Below are positions 1 through 13,724 of a DNA stretch of 64,000 bases, piece by piece. Position 1 is the stretch's first letter, and every line of letters starts with the position of its first letter. The stretch is from Octopus vulgaris (taxonomy: Eukaryota). The notes below the pieces were generated by a model, which was not told the origin of the DNA, did no database searches, and saw nothing but the letters and a program-made list of their open reading frames with translations. Location: NCBI GenBank assembly GCA_951406725.2, contig OX597817.1, positions 60,636,001 to 60,700,000 on the forward strand, read 5' to 3'. The translations under genes and the position numbers were made by a program.

Positions 1-659
1 GTCATGAGTTAGCAAAGGTAAATTGAAGGGTCGGCAAATAAATCAATTCTGAGATTTTATTAAATCTAATATAAAACATTATGTAAAACAATATAAAAGA
101 AAAAAAAAGAGCAATATTAATATATTTTTCTTCGTTGTTTAAAAAGCTTCTAAGAGTAATCTATTTGCTGTGAAACAACCAACAACCGTCAACCGCAGTT
201 TTGCGGCGAATCATGTGTGTGTGTGTGTGTATGTGTGTGTGAAAGAGAGAGGAGAGAGGGGTGCGCGAAGGGGGCGTTGAAGAGATGAAAAACCAAAATG
301 GGCGGTGTTAGTCGAGTTCTTGAGTTTGGTTTTCCGCAGAAAGTTAATTGCACAAATGACGTAAAAACAATCAGTTCGTGTGTTCTACGCTTATAGTTTT
401 CAAAACACCATTCCTGCTAAATTATATGCGTCTATATATATATGTGTGTGTATATGTATGAATGTATGTACGAATATATGTAGGCATGAATTTATGTACG
501 TCAATACTTATACGTGTATGTAATTAGAGAATTATGTCTGCGTGCATATGTGTACATATGTATGTATGTATACATGCATGCGAGTATGTATGCGTGTATG
601 TATGCATGTATGCATGTATGTATGAATGTATGAATGTATATATATATATATATGTAAAA

Positions 660-795
660 AAATACAAACTGGGACAAGAACGCAAAACATTTAGAAGACG
701 ATACAAAAAACACACGGACGGAACATTCGAAGCTTTCAATCTTCAGTCAAGAACCGGATCATCCTCGCAATTTCGGCTGATTAATCTTGAGATAC
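660..795. repeat. Dispersed repeat fragment, possibly a Penelope-like element end; second copy at ~61720-61950
   Basis: gggacaagaacgcaaa...cattcgaagc..tcttcagtca.gaaccggatcatc....caatttcggctgattaatc occurs at both loci, each embedded in TA-rich microsatellite. Confidence 0.55.
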
Positions 796-924
796 ATTAT
801 ATATGTACGTATGTGTGTGTATATATATACATATATATAATATAAATTAGAGAAAAAAATCCACTATTATGCAATTCAAACAATGATAGACATAAACCAA
901 ATCATAAATAAATTATACTTCCTA

Positions 925-925
925 A

Positions 926-1024
<99 letters not shown>

Positions 1025-1044
1025 GATTATTATTATTATCATTA

Positions 1045-1133
<89 letters not shown>
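925..1133. repeat. (TTA)n microsatellite
   Basis: Long, nearly pure TTA array; source of the poly-N and poly-I ORFs. Confidence 0.97.
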
Positions 1134-1142
<9 letters not shown>

Positions 1143-1559
1143 TGCTTGTATGTATGCGTATATATAAGTATGCAAGTATGCTTTTTCTTTCAGATATATC
1201 TAATTTCTTCTTCATTGAGTTTAAGCCGATCTCTAATAAATTGACAAAAATTTTGGAGTCAAGGCAATTCCTTGGGTTTGTAAATATCTCGTTGAGTTAG
1301 CGTGTAAGCACACATACGTAGGTGTAAACACCTAGACTTATCTTCTGGGTGAACATGTCTCTTTAGTGTTTAGGAGTGTGTTTATGTGTGTGTGTGTGTG
1401 TGCAATGATATGATGGGTGCGAAAGCATTTTTATTACAAGAGCGTGATTATTTTTATGCATACATGTATGCATGTATAAATATATAAGGATATTACTGTT
1501 AATAATTTACAATAATATCAGTGGCCACCATACGTATAAGAACAAAAAGGCAAAACTAT

Positions 1560-1722
1560 CAGGAGTTCGAATTCCGCCGAGGTCGACTATGCCTTTCATC
1601 CTTTCGGGTTCGATAAATTAAGTACCAGTTACGCACTGGGGTCGATAAAATCGACTTAATCTGTTTGTCTATCCTTGTTTGTCCTCTCTGTGTTTAGCCC
1701 CTTGTGGACAGTAAAGAAATAA
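1560..1722 (+). mobile_element. SINE family A (tRNA-derived, Meta-domain-like), 5'-truncated
   Basis: gagttcgaattccgccgaggtcgac..gcctttcatcctttcgggttcgataaattaagtaccag...agccccttgtggacagtaaagaaata, shared with more than 10 copies in the window. Confidence 0.85.
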
Positions 1723-2158
1723 GTTAATAATGAAGGGTACTACTTGTAGCACCAGCATGCTAAATATAGCAGTCAAAGCAACCCCAAACCACAGTTTTCA
1801 CTTGTACACAAAGACAAATGCTAGCCACTTATATTAATGCAAATTATCAACAATAATATCCTCATATATTTTTATAATTTTTATTCACTTCGGTCATCTT
1901 TTAAAATTTGCTGCGGCATTAAAAATGATTACCGAGCACATGGATGAATCGGACAGGTTTTTGACCCTGGGTCAGTATTACTCACTGACCAGAACAAACT
2001 GATCATTCGCAAAATTCAAAATCACTGAGATTTGGGTATGTTTCATTTCATTTTCGATTCTTTTCGTCTATGATTCGGGGTCTCAAAATATTACTGCCCC
2101 TTCTCTCGAGTTCGCCCTTGTGTACAAGTGAAAATTGTTTATGTACATACGTACGTAC

Positions 2159-2189
<31 letters not shown>

Positions 2190-2254
2190 TGTATGTATGT
2201 ATGTATGTATGTATGTATGTATGTATGTATGTATGTATGTATGTATGTATGCAT

Positions 2255-3440
2255 GTCACTTCTGTATTTAATCATTTAAATTCTTACTCTGAAGAAGCTG
2301 GTTTCTAACAAAGACACAAAGCTCCATATTTGGAATGTAGATTACGAAAAATGTTCCATTTTAAACCTGAGAAAAGTCTTGCATAGTTTTACTGTTGGTT
2401 GATTTCTTTTTATGATAATCCAAGCTTATCCAGGCTGACAGTTAAGCATTTACTGACAAGACCAATGACTATTGGCATAAATGTAAATTTGTAATCCGGA
2501 TATAGAAGCTGGAAGTTTCGAAGCGGTTGTCCATAGTCATCTTCTTTCTCTTTGATTTTGAAATAGATTTTCACATCAGCAGGACAACTGACCTCTGTGA
2601 CGGTAATACTTTTTCTTGTCCGCCACAGACAACAATATCTGGCTTGTGGTGCTTCCACTTGACATGTTTTGATGGGAATGTTCCCCCAGCGTTCCTTGTA
2701 CAACAGGGATGGGGTTCTCTATAGTTATTCCAGGGCAGTCTTTTTTCTGAATTGCATTATATATTGTTTTTGCGACAACGTCATGTCGCATATGGAGGTA
2801 GTATCTTGATGACATTTTTGGGCAGCTGCTAATAACATAAGGGATGTTCTCCGTCGAAATATGTCATAATCTACACTTTTTGTTGCATCTTGGAATTCCA
2901 AGTACTTCACTGTCTCTTTTGTAGATTAGGTATTTTGTAGCAATTTTGGAGCAATTGTCTTGTCAGAGGAGAGTTCAAACTGCCATATTTTTTTTAGTCT
3001 GGTGTAATATTCTTGGGTTGCTCTATTTTTATTCACAGTACATTGGAGTGATATATTTTCATCAATGCCAAAGTACTTGTCGCATTGTTTGTGTGGTACA
3101 GGAGAGATCATGAAACCATTGATACAAAGGCTCTTTTGTTTGGGGAACTGATTTTTCCCCGTTTCACAATAACATTTCTTTTGGCCAAATTCCATTCCTA
3201 TGTCCAGTTGTCTTTTGGCATTGTTAATATTTTTAGCATAAATCTTGAGGTCAGCCACATAGAAATTACGGGCTACATTAGTATTTCTTACAGTTGCAGA
3301 CTCAAGCATGTAGCTGTTTGTTTTTTGTAGCAGAAACGATAATGGGTTTTCATGCCAAAATGAACAGAACTACAGAGGGACTATCTTTCTGGAATAGTCT
3401 CTTTGAAATATGAATGGGATACAAACGATTGTTCCACTCT
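2255..3440 (-). mobile_element. Decayed R4/Dong-clade non-LTR retrotransposon (RT, CCHC region, restriction-like endonuclease)
   Basis: Minus-strand peptides FYVADLKIYAKN, FGQKKC, DKYFG, SRYYLHMRHDVVAKTIYN, EVSCPADV, PIVIG, with frameshifts. Bounded by (TATG)n arrays at ~2160-2250 and ~3460-3538. Confidence 0.88.
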
Positions 3441-3624
3441 CTGTTCTTTGTGAGCCTCTCGTATGTACGTATGTATGTATGTATGTATGTATGTATGTAT
3501 GTATGTATGTATGTATGTATGTATGTATGTATGTATGTGCAGATTTGTATGTTTTATGTATATATTCTCATGCATATAGTTGCATATCTAGACATACATA
3601 TAATTTAAATACATATGTATTTTA

Positions 3625-4455
3625 TTGAGGTTTTCACTGGTATATTCCACCCAGTATTCCTTTTTATTATGAGTGGCTATGGCTTCTACCATACTGTGGG
3701 TTCTTATTTCTTTGTCCTCGGGATCATCCTTCCGACTGATTTCATTATAGAGTGTCCTAGCTACAACATCAGGTCTCATCGGTAGATAATACCGTGATGA
3801 CATTTTCGGACAACTGCTTATGATGTGGGTGATATCTTCAGTGTGAACTCCGCAAAGTCTGCATCGGTTGTCAGATTTTACGGCTTTTCCCTCGTCTCTA
3901 TCCCTTTTGTGCATCAGGTATTTGGTTGTTATTTCCTGTTCCTGTATTGCAAACGCATATCCTTCTAAGTGGGAGATAGCGATCAGGCTATTCGTCCATG
4001 ATAAACTGCTTTGATGATCAATGTTACTATCATCACGGAGCTTTCTACTAACATGCATAGTCTCCTGCTCATCCTTTCATCTGATGATAAGTTGCAGTAG
4101 AGTCGTGCGATTTCTTTGGGCATGTATTCTAGATTATCAGACAAAGAGTGTTTGCCCAAGGAACTGCCGTCCAAGTCTTATGATGTTATCAGCCTCATGT
4201 ATGCAAACTTGGTCAAGGGATGCACTTCGACGCTTGGTAGTTAAAAGATGTCGCCGAAGGGATATGATGCAGCATTCAAAGACATTTTGGATCGACGTTA
4301 AGCCTCAGCCGCCTTTTTACCTTTTAAGTAGAGGCGGTCTACGTCACTGTTTATGGGGAAATTATATGTGCTTGTTAGTATTTTTCGGGTTCTCACATCA
4401 AGCGTCCAATCAAGCAGCCCAAATGTTGGTATGAGTACTGGCACTGCAAACACAT
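3625..4455 (-). mobile_element. Decayed R4/Dong-clade non-LTR retrotransposon fragment
   Basis: VFAVPVLIPTFG, SDVDRLYL, EGYAFAIQEQEI, zinc knuckle CRLC..EDITHIISSC, SRYYLPMRPD; flanked by (TATG)n. Confidence 0.9.
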
Positions 4456-4714
4456 TGTGTATGTATGTATGTATGTATGTATGTATGTATGTATGCATAG
4501 GATATATTTTTATATCGTATATAAGTGATAGAATTTAGACATTATTTTAGGAAATTCAGATTAAAATCTTTTGAAAAGTTTGCAAATTTTCATCGGACAC
4601 AATCGTTTAGATATAGAGGACAGAAATTTCTTCGTTCTTCTTGGCAAACGCCGGTAGATCCAAGTATTTCTTTGTCACATTGCTCTGTAAGCATGTGATA
4701 ATACGTACAAAGAA

Positions 4715-5050
4715 TCTACAGTCAGCCAAGACCCAGTGAAGATATTGAAGGTTTACTAACCAATTTCTCTGCAAAGCGCACAGCACGTTCGGTATCATAG
4801 GGGCCAGTCGGTGGAAGATCATCAGGATGGTTGTGCGGCAGCAGAAGTTGTCCCAAGGTGACTGTGGATGAGGAGGTGTAAATCCTTGAAGGAACAGTGC
4901 GACCAGGTGGTGGGCTAACTGGACAGAAGCTGGGATTTGAGCAACTTCTGCTGGATCACGTGAGAGTGTCTGAAACACCTGATGGCCGCAGAAAAACATC
5001 ACGGATGATGTGTCGTCCAGTGGCACTACAGGACCACGGGATGATGGATG
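4715..5050 (+). mobile_element. 3' end of a HERO-like RLE non-LTR retrotransposon, decayed
   Basis: Frameshifted peptide FGIIGASRWKIIRMV..AAEVVPR*LWMRR resembles the HERO C-terminus (LGI.G..RR..I....AAE.ASRWLW.RR). The 3' UTR gaaacacctgatg...acatcacggatgatgtgtc resembles HERO ends as recalled. Confidence 0.6.
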
Positions 5051-5897
5051 GTAAGACTTTTTTCCACACACACACACACACACACGCACGCACTCACGCA
5101 TGCACGCGCGCATGCACTTACTGTCCATTTCTGACATGGAAGAAAAGTGTAATATGAGATTTGAAGGAAAAGGCATAAAAGAAAAAAGTGGAGCTAAAAG
5201 GATAATGACAATACTAATGATGATGAGGAGGGTGACATCGACTATGATGATGATGATGATGATGATGATGGTAATGATGATGGCGGTGATGGTCGTGGTG
5301 GCGGTAGTGATGGTAATGATGATGATGATGATGGTGATGGTGATACTGAAACACTTGCACACACGCGACATTGTGCTCAATCTACTTTGAGTAACAGATT
5401 TTATCAAGCACTGTCAGAAAAAAACCTTCACACAAACACATTCATTTGAACGCTCACACACACACACAAACAAATGCGCATGTATTCATGCACGCGCGCA
5501 CACACGCACATATGTATATATATACATACGCACGCGTACATATCTGTGCACACATTTCCATACACATTAAGTCAGACAATGTGTGTCACGCAACAAAGCT
5601 CTAAGTTTTTTTTTTCGTAACTTCAAAGAAAAGCAGGAGAGAGAGAGAGAGAAATAGAGAGAGAAGGAGAGGAGAGAGAGACAGATAGACAGAGAAAGAG
5701 AGAGAGAGAGAGAACAGAAGAAAACCAAGAAAGGTAATAGAAAGAAAAAATAATAAAAAAACAGTGTGAGAGCGAATGAAAAGGCAGAATGAAATTGAGA
5801 GAAATGACGAGAATGTCAGCTGACTTTTATTTTACCTTCTGGTAATTTCAAACGTTCTAAGAGGTTTTTTTTTTGTCCACTTTTCGCATCCATCTTT

Positions 5898-5940
<43 letters not shown>

Positions 5941-6624
5941 TTATCCTTCTTACCTTCTCCTGCCACCTCCCATTTTGTTCTGTGTGTCTTCGTATCTCTC
6001 TTCCTCTCTCTTTCTCTTTCACACACCAACTTAATCACACTACCGCCACATCTCTCCTTTTCTCCTCATTTCTCTCTCCTCATCCTTTACTCTCTCTCTC
6101 CCCCTCTCTCTCCCTCTCTCTCTCTCTCTCCTTCTCTCTCTCTCCCCTTCACATGTACATTTACGCACACTAACATTAATTTTTCTTTCTCTTCTTACCT
6201 CTCCTTGCCCCCTAGCTCTCTCTCTCTCTCTCCTCCACACTCACACTTTTCCCCCATTATCTGTATATTTTCTTTCGGTGAACTTAGTCTCTCCCTCCCT
6301 CCCTCTCTCTCTCTCTCTCTAACACGACTTGCATGTAAACAACCTCTTCTTACAAGCTGAACTATTTCACTGCCTTAAACTGTATCCTGTACAAACAAAA
6401 GCAAGCAATTTGATAAGTTATTTCAGTTATCCAGGCACTGCCGCTGCTTTTAGTAATGTATTTTTATTTTATTTTTCCCTCTGGTACCTGTCATACCAAT
6501 ATATTTTGTAAGTGTGTGTGTGCGCGAGAGTGTACACGCACGTAGACAAGTACGCGTGCGCACAAACACAAACACGAACATATCTACATATCTATATCTA
6601 CATCTATGCATGTGTATGCGTATA

Positions 6625-6710
<86 letters not shown>

Positions 6711-8333
6711 TATATGTGTATGTATGCATTATTTCTACACACACATACACATACATGTACATTATGTTAAAGCATCAGAAGCCATTGTTCTCAATGGTTA
6801 CAGGTCTTAGTTTGATAATTTTTTTTTTCGTTCATGCTTAAAATCGATCGTTTGTTGAAGCTGGTGAAATTTGGTTATAGTTCTTTGAAATGATTGATCT
6901 TTTATACTAAAGAGTTTATATTAAAGAGTTTAAGAAAACATTTTTTACTCCTGTTAATTTTCTTAACTTATTTTGAAAATCAGATTTGTTTCTTACATAT
7001 CTGAGCGAGTCGCGTATACCAAACCTGCCGATTACACAAAGTAATTTCATTAAAAACTGTTCTATGGAAGTCGCCCTTTCGTTTACCTATACGTTGGATG
7101 TTATATTTTTCATTTCTGGATTCGGTAATGGTATACCGTCGTTGCTAAGACGTGTCCGTTTCTGCTACAGCTGTTCATTTGTTTTTATTGCCCGATTCAG
7201 TTTTTGTACTAAAAACACTTGTAATTTGTGTCATTGATATCCCACTTTGTTAAAGCTGTCCTACTCTCTACTCCATAGATTGTTATTTTATATCTCAAGT
7301 CGCTCAAGATGTTCTTGATACATTGTGTTGTGTGGAGTGGTTGCACTTTCTCTATCAAGACACAATTGCTCTTCCCGTTTTCATGGCGCTCAAAAATAAT
7401 TCGCTCATTTTGAATATTGGAATACTCTTTTAAAATGAATTCCTTCTGGTGTCTGCTTTGCGATGACATCTCATTTCTTACATAACGTGACAGAGGGTGG
7501 GAGTGTATTTGTTTCCAGATTATGTTACATTTTTTCAGTATGCAGAAAGATATATCTGGAACCAAATATGTGAAAGTGTGTGCGTTGGGCTTTCATTGAT
7601 TCAAAAAATTAGGGTTTAGTAAGATACAAGTGATGCTGGGGTCTTGTTTTGCTGAACAACAAGGAACAACAGCGGGCACAGTTTGTGCAGCGCCAGCCCC
7701 ACTCACTCATCATTCAAGCTTGCCATGAAAAGTTAGTAGGAGGCAATATTTGTATGGAGTTATTGTCTCTTAGATGAGGAGCTAAAGAATAGTGTCGAAG
7801 AATGTTTTCTTTTTTTTAATTTGTGAAACATATCTAAAACATGTCAAATGAAGCATATCTGAAATAAAATGATTTCAAATGAGAATCAATACCAAAGCGG
7901 AGTTTTATTTCTCACGTACCAATATCAGAAATAAATAATTAAATCAACTGTTTAGAAATTTGAGATCAAGGGAGAAAAAACCTAAAAAATATAAAATGTT
8001 CTATGCATCTTTCTAGTTCTTTCATTTAAATTTCAAACTTCTGGTCCCGCTAGAATTTATCCCAAAATGATTATCTCCCTTACAATAACTGGTCACTTAA
8101 GCACACAACATGTTTGGAATATTATGGTAAATTATATAAATAAACATAAAGCTTGTGCGACTTCTAGTTTCTATTGGCAGCATGTTTCCATTCTAAAATT
8201 ATGTAAAATATAATTATTTATATGGAATGTTAAGAGCAGAGAGCTGTTAGCAGTATCCTTTTCACAGAAGAGTGATGGCTTGGAAGAATATGGAAACACT
8301 TCCAAACAGGTGGGTGTATAGTTGTAGTAAAAT

Positions 8334-8373
<40 letters not shown>

Positions 8374-8377
8374 TTAG

Positions 8378-8461
<84 letters not shown>

Positions 8462-8673
8462 TATATATGTATGTATACATGCATGTGTATATGCTTGTAT
8501 ATATATAGTGGATTGGCAAGCTTGATGTCATTTGGCCATTAGCGTAATGATATAATGATGTAATGGAGGTGTATTCCAGGTGTCTAGCAGGATGTTTATT
8601 AACTTTACACGTTTGTATATTTATCTGGCAAAAATGTACTTTAATTTTCATAATGGAAGAAACGAAAGTATTG

Positions 8674-8719
<46 letters not shown>

Positions 8720-8983
8720 GCATAGATATGTATATATATATATATATATACATACACATAGATATGCATGCATATATATATATATACATACATACATATA
8801 TTTGTGTATATACATACATACATATATATGCACAAAAAAAATGTGGGTTTAGTTCACGGTAATCTAAACGGTTAGGTACGCTAGGTAAGTGCTGTAACGT
8901 ATTACTAGGGCTCCAAGGTTATAGCTGAGACGGTAGTTATGGAACGATTGCAGATTTCCGATGTATATATATATATATAGTCA

Positions 8984-8992
8984 GATAGATAG

Positions 8993-9061
<69 letters not shown>

Positions 9062-9064
9062 TAC

Positions 9065-9153
<89 letters not shown>

Positions 9154-9183
9154 TATAGATAGATAGATAGACAGACAGATAGA
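8984..9183. repeat. (GATA)n/(GACA)n compound microsatellite
   Basis: Direct reading. Confidence 0.95.
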
Positions 9184-9870
9184 TATACGGGCTGTATTGC
9201 CGACGTCTTGCAACTTTTTTAGGAGAAGCAGTTATATATGCGTTTGATTTTCGAAATTTTAGTATATCCTTATTATACGTCTAATAAGCTGACCCGCCAA
9301 TTTTTGTTATCCCAGATAGAGGGAGACGTTTGTAATAACACTTTGAAGATGTCCTACCGAGCACGGCTTCTCACGGATGATTAGTTTGTAGAATGCAGTC
9401 GGGACGTTCGAAGCTGGCTATGCTATACACTCCTGTGTTGAACTGGGTATAAGCGCTACAGAAACTTCTGAAAGGCTCCGGACTGCTCATGGATGAACTT
9501 GTATGAGCCGAGTATCTGTTTTCCGCTGGCACGAGAAGCCAGCTAAAACAAGTCCACTAGGAAGCTCATGATGATCCCTTTTTTCTTTCGACATCAATGA
9601 CATCATCTATATCCACTAGGATTCCTCTGACAAGACGGTCAACGAGGAGTGCTTTGTTGAGGTTTTGAGGTAATTCAGGAAGAGATTTCGTCACAAAAGC
9701 CCTGAGCACTTGCACCAGGACACTGCATCAGTCCACAAGTCCACCCTGCTGACTTTTATCTCTTCTCCAAGCTGCAGGGGAAGGTGAAAAAAACTGTGAC
9801 AAGGGCCCTGGAGACCTGCACTGTGGAGGACTTCCATGGAGTTTTCACAAAGTGGCTGGCGCGGCACAAG
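9184..9870 (+). mobile_element. Decayed, internally deleted mariner transposon
   Basis: SATETSERLRTAHG*TCMSRVSVFRWHE (HTH), KLMMIPFF-DIN, TVNEECFVEVLR*FRKRFRHK, LHQDTASVH; begins at a TA followed by a TIR-like cgggctgt. Confidence 0.8.
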
Positions 9871-9960
9871 TCGATTCTATAGACCCCAGTGCTCAACTGA
9901 TTTCATTGAGTCGGAAGGATAAAGGCGAAATCGAAAAGAAAAACAACGCTGTGGACAAGA

Positions 9961-10013
<53 letters not shown>

Positions 10014-11125
10014 TTATAAGGAGAGAAAAATAGAAAGACTATTTGGGCAATAAACAAAGTTGATACAAGGAATGAGAGACAGCTACAAGAAATAATGGAA
10101 GGAAAAGGATACAAATGTATGACATTAAGAATTGCTCCTTTCGCAGTGAATAAAAATGAGTTTTCTGACTTAAGCTTGTAGTTGAGATCTTCAAGAATAA
10201 AACCACCAGGAAAACCACATTTTGACAAACATATTGCAATTTATAGACATAAATATTTATTTTGCTTTTGCAAAAGTTAGATACTCATTGCTAATTCATA
10301 AGCAACTTCTTTTTATTAAATTATAGACGCAAAGTGGAACAGACAGAGAAATAATCTCAAATACAGACAATACTTTCTTAAAAATGGAGGAGTGCAAAAG
10401 AAAAGTCAGCGCCCGCGCTCTCAAGCTTTGAGAGTTTCATAGATTGGCGTTTATATGTATTGTTTTGTGAAATTAATATTGGAGCTGTTAACGAACTTCC
10501 TTTTATGTAAAAGTAAAGACACAGATCGATCATGGAATTGGTTAGCAGATTATTTAATAACTGGATTCTATTTAACTAAACATGACGAACTAGCAAAATG
10601 TACGCACAAATACATACATACATACATACATAAATATGTATATATATGTGTGTGTGAGGGGGGTATCTATGTGCCTATGGCTGTGGGTGCCAACATTTCT
10701 ACCACAAAGATATATTTCCATAGAAAATTTTCACACTTATTACCTAATCGAAAGGTATAAATGTATGAATATTTATATATTTATGTATTGCGCATGCATG
10801 TGTGTGCGCGTGTACGCGTGTCTGTGTATGTGTGTGCGTGTCTTTCTTGTTGTGCTCCTCCATTACCTCAGCGCTGGGCAACCGCTAATTGTTTGGTTAC
10901 GTCCTAGTAATTTTTGTAAAAAAGTTAATACAAATATACTCTACTAAAAATTCTGAGCATTCTTACATCTTACAGATTCGTGTAAAATTGTTTTTATACA
11001 TGAATTTACATAAAAACTCATGTATATGTGTATATGTATGTATATATATATATGTAGATGCACACACACATGCAGACGCAAAACAAGCAAGCGCGCGGGC
11101 GTGCACACACATGCACATATGTATC

Positions 11126-11192
<67 letters not shown>

Positions 11193-11223
11193 GTATATAT
11201 GTATATATATATATGTATATGTA

Positions 11224-11289
<66 letters not shown>

Positions 11290-11694
11290 TATATATATAT
11301 ATGTATGTATGTATGTACGTATATCTGCCTTTGCATAGACAACACAGATTCCCAGCACTAAAGCGTACGAACGCGACTGTGATCTGGTTGCCTGTTATTG
11401 ATGGATGCTGCTAAAATATGTAGACATATATTTCTGCATAGGTTTTCTTGAAGGAATGTAACCAGATACATTTTTACCGTTGCAATACAGTTCACACCCA
11501 GGTATACCTTGCATACAAGAAGAAGAAAAAGAAGAAGAAAAAATATGAATTTTGCAGTCATTATTTACTTTGAGATAAAAGAAGCATAAAATGAAGTGTA
11601 ACAGCATTCCGCCATAACATGACGGTGTTAAAATATGAATTTGGAGGACGTACACATACATGTACACACACACACACAAAGATGCATATATATG

Positions 11695-11735
<41 letters not shown>

Positions 11736-11777
11736 AGTACATGTATATACATATACATATACATATATATCTTTTTA

Positions 11778-11836
<59 letters not shown>

Positions 11837-11837
<1 letters not shown>

Positions 11838-11868
11838 TATGTAATGTATGTGCAGTACCGAGAATTGT

Positions 11869-11907
<39 letters not shown>

Positions 11908-12160
11908 TCACAATTCTCGGTACTGCACATGCATTACATAGACTGCATTAATTACAAGAGAAAAACCAAAACTGAAAGACTATCAAAACACTAAACGAGG
12001 CATCTGAAGAGTCCCTCTGCGTCGCACTGTGAACTCGCCATTTAAATTAATCAACTAAAGAGAATCATGATGGTTTTATTTTTTTATTTTTTGCTGGTTC
12101 TAAGGGGCCGAAACATCGAAGAATAAAGATACAAATACATAAAAATATTACGAAAAATGG
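11837..12160 (+). mobile_element. Penelope-like terminal fragment with 36-bp fold-back and hammerhead-like motif
   Basis: Inverted arms 11837-11872 and 11906-11941 around (TA)n; CTGAAGA-GTCCCT...AGGGGCC-GAAAC at ~12004-12114. Confidence 0.5.
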
Positions 12161-12349
12161 CGTTTAGTTAATGTAAGCGGTGAACTGGTCGTGTCGTTGG
12201 ATCCTTAGACGAAATTTTCTTCGGTATTCTGTTTCGTGTCTTTTCCTTCCGATTTCCAATCGCAATCAAACCAACTTCTTTTCGACCTTGTCCCTTCAGA
12301 ATCGATATAAAGACTGTACTAATGTAGGGTGTAGTATTGGTAGAGTTGT

Positions 12350-12570
12350 AATAATCGTTTCTACTCTAGGCACAAGACCCGAAATTTTGGGGGAGGGGTC
12401 AGTCGGTTAGATCGATCCCAGTACACAACTGGTACTTAATTCATCGACTCCGAAAGGATGAAAGGCAAAGTCGATTTCGGTAGAATTGTAATAATATCGG
12501 ACCGGATGCGTCACAATACTTGCACCGTCTCTTTGCGTTCTGGCTTCGCATTGGGGCCAGATCCCTGGAT
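12350..12570 (-). mobile_element. SINE family A (tail variant B), degenerate
   Basis: ccccagtacacaactggtacttaattcatcgactccgaaaggatgaaaggcaaagtcga is the reverse complement of the family core. Confidence 0.75.
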
Positions 12571-12834
12571 TCAGGATATCGTTCTCTCTCTCTCGCTTCA
12601 TTCACCGAGATTTTGTCATGTGTCAATGACTTGGTTACCCTTCGCGATTAACATGATAAGCAGTGGAACGAAAAAGGAACATATCAATAAATATAAGGTA
12701 GGTTTGGGATTTAAGGATACTTAATTATCAATAAATTATGCTCTTCAAACTAATTAAAACGTTCTTATTTCTTTGAGATATTCAATAACAGATAAAAAGA
12801 AAAGAAAGAAAAAAGAAGGAAAAGACATGAAGAC

Positions 12835-13135
12835 ATTGTGAGTGGATTTGGTAGAGGGAAACTGAAAGAAGCCCGTCGTATATATGTATATATATATATA
12901 TGTATATATGTGTGTGTGTGTATATGTTTGTATGTCTGTCCTCCCCCCCCACCAATCGTTTGACAAGCGATGCTGGTGTGTTTACGTCTGCGTAACTTAG
13001 CGGTTCGGCAAAAGAGCTCGATAGAATAAGTACTTGGCTTACAAAAAATAAGTTCTGGGGTCAATTTGCTCGACTAAAATGCGGTCCTCCAGCATGGCCA
13101 CAGTCAAATGACTGAAACAAGTAAAAGAATAAAAG
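12835..13135 (+). mobile_element. SINE family B (CORE-like, internal microsatellite), 5'-truncated
   Basis: ttgtgagtggatttggtagagggaaactgaaagaagcccgtcg(TA)n...ccagcatggccacagtcaaatgactgaaacaagtaaaagaat. Confidence 0.85.
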
Positions 13136-13524
13136 AGTATATAGGCGGAACAGAGCGATTTAGAAATTCCTAACTTTTTAAATGTTGCAAGGTTGGCTGT
13201 ACCTGGAATTGGAAGCCTCTGGAAAGGAATATTTCAAATGTACTGAAGAGAAATATACATTCCAGAAGTTCGGACATTCGAAGAACACCGTAATCGATCT
13301 TCTAATAGGTTCAATATATAATCGATGACGATACCCGGAAAAATCAGACACCAAACCAACGCACAATGCTCTACACATCTTTGCTTGAAACTACAAGAGT
13401 TCTGGGAAGAGTTCTTGAAGCGTGCCATTTTAGTCTGCAGCTGACACTTTCCATCATACCCTGCAAAATAAGCTGAGAGTTTTCATCAAAATAACAGCAA
13501 CAACAACAACAGTAATAATAATAA

Positions 13525-13724
13525 TAGTTTCAAAGTTGGCCACAAGGGCAACAATTTTGGGGGAGGGGATGAGTCGATTATATCGACCCCGTGTTCAACT
13601 GGTACTTATTTTATCGACTCCCTAAAGGATGAAAGCAAAGTTGGAATTTGAACTCAGAACGTAACGACGGACAAAATACCGTTACGTATTTTCTCCAGCG
13701 TGCTAACGATTCCAGCATGCCGCC
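13525..13724 (-). mobile_element. SINE family A (tail variant B)
   Basis: Reverse complement head ggcggcatgctggaatcgttagcacgc, B box gagttcaaattcc and family core. Confidence 0.8.

Noticed and set aside
7000-7700. Possible decayed THAP-domain or P-element-like sequence on minus (ORF 7209-7565)
   Set aside because: Only scattered Cys residues and a PTL-like motif across frames; not enough to support a call.
8268-8309. 42-nt exon-like segment (ttttcacag...cag|gtgggt; KSDGLEEYGNTSKQ)
   Set aside because: Too short to distinguish from chance without transcript data.
13203-13460. Minus-strand exon-like segment (ttattttgcag ... ccag|gtacag)
   Set aside because: Stops in all three frames and a weak donor; could be a non-coding exon but is unsupported.
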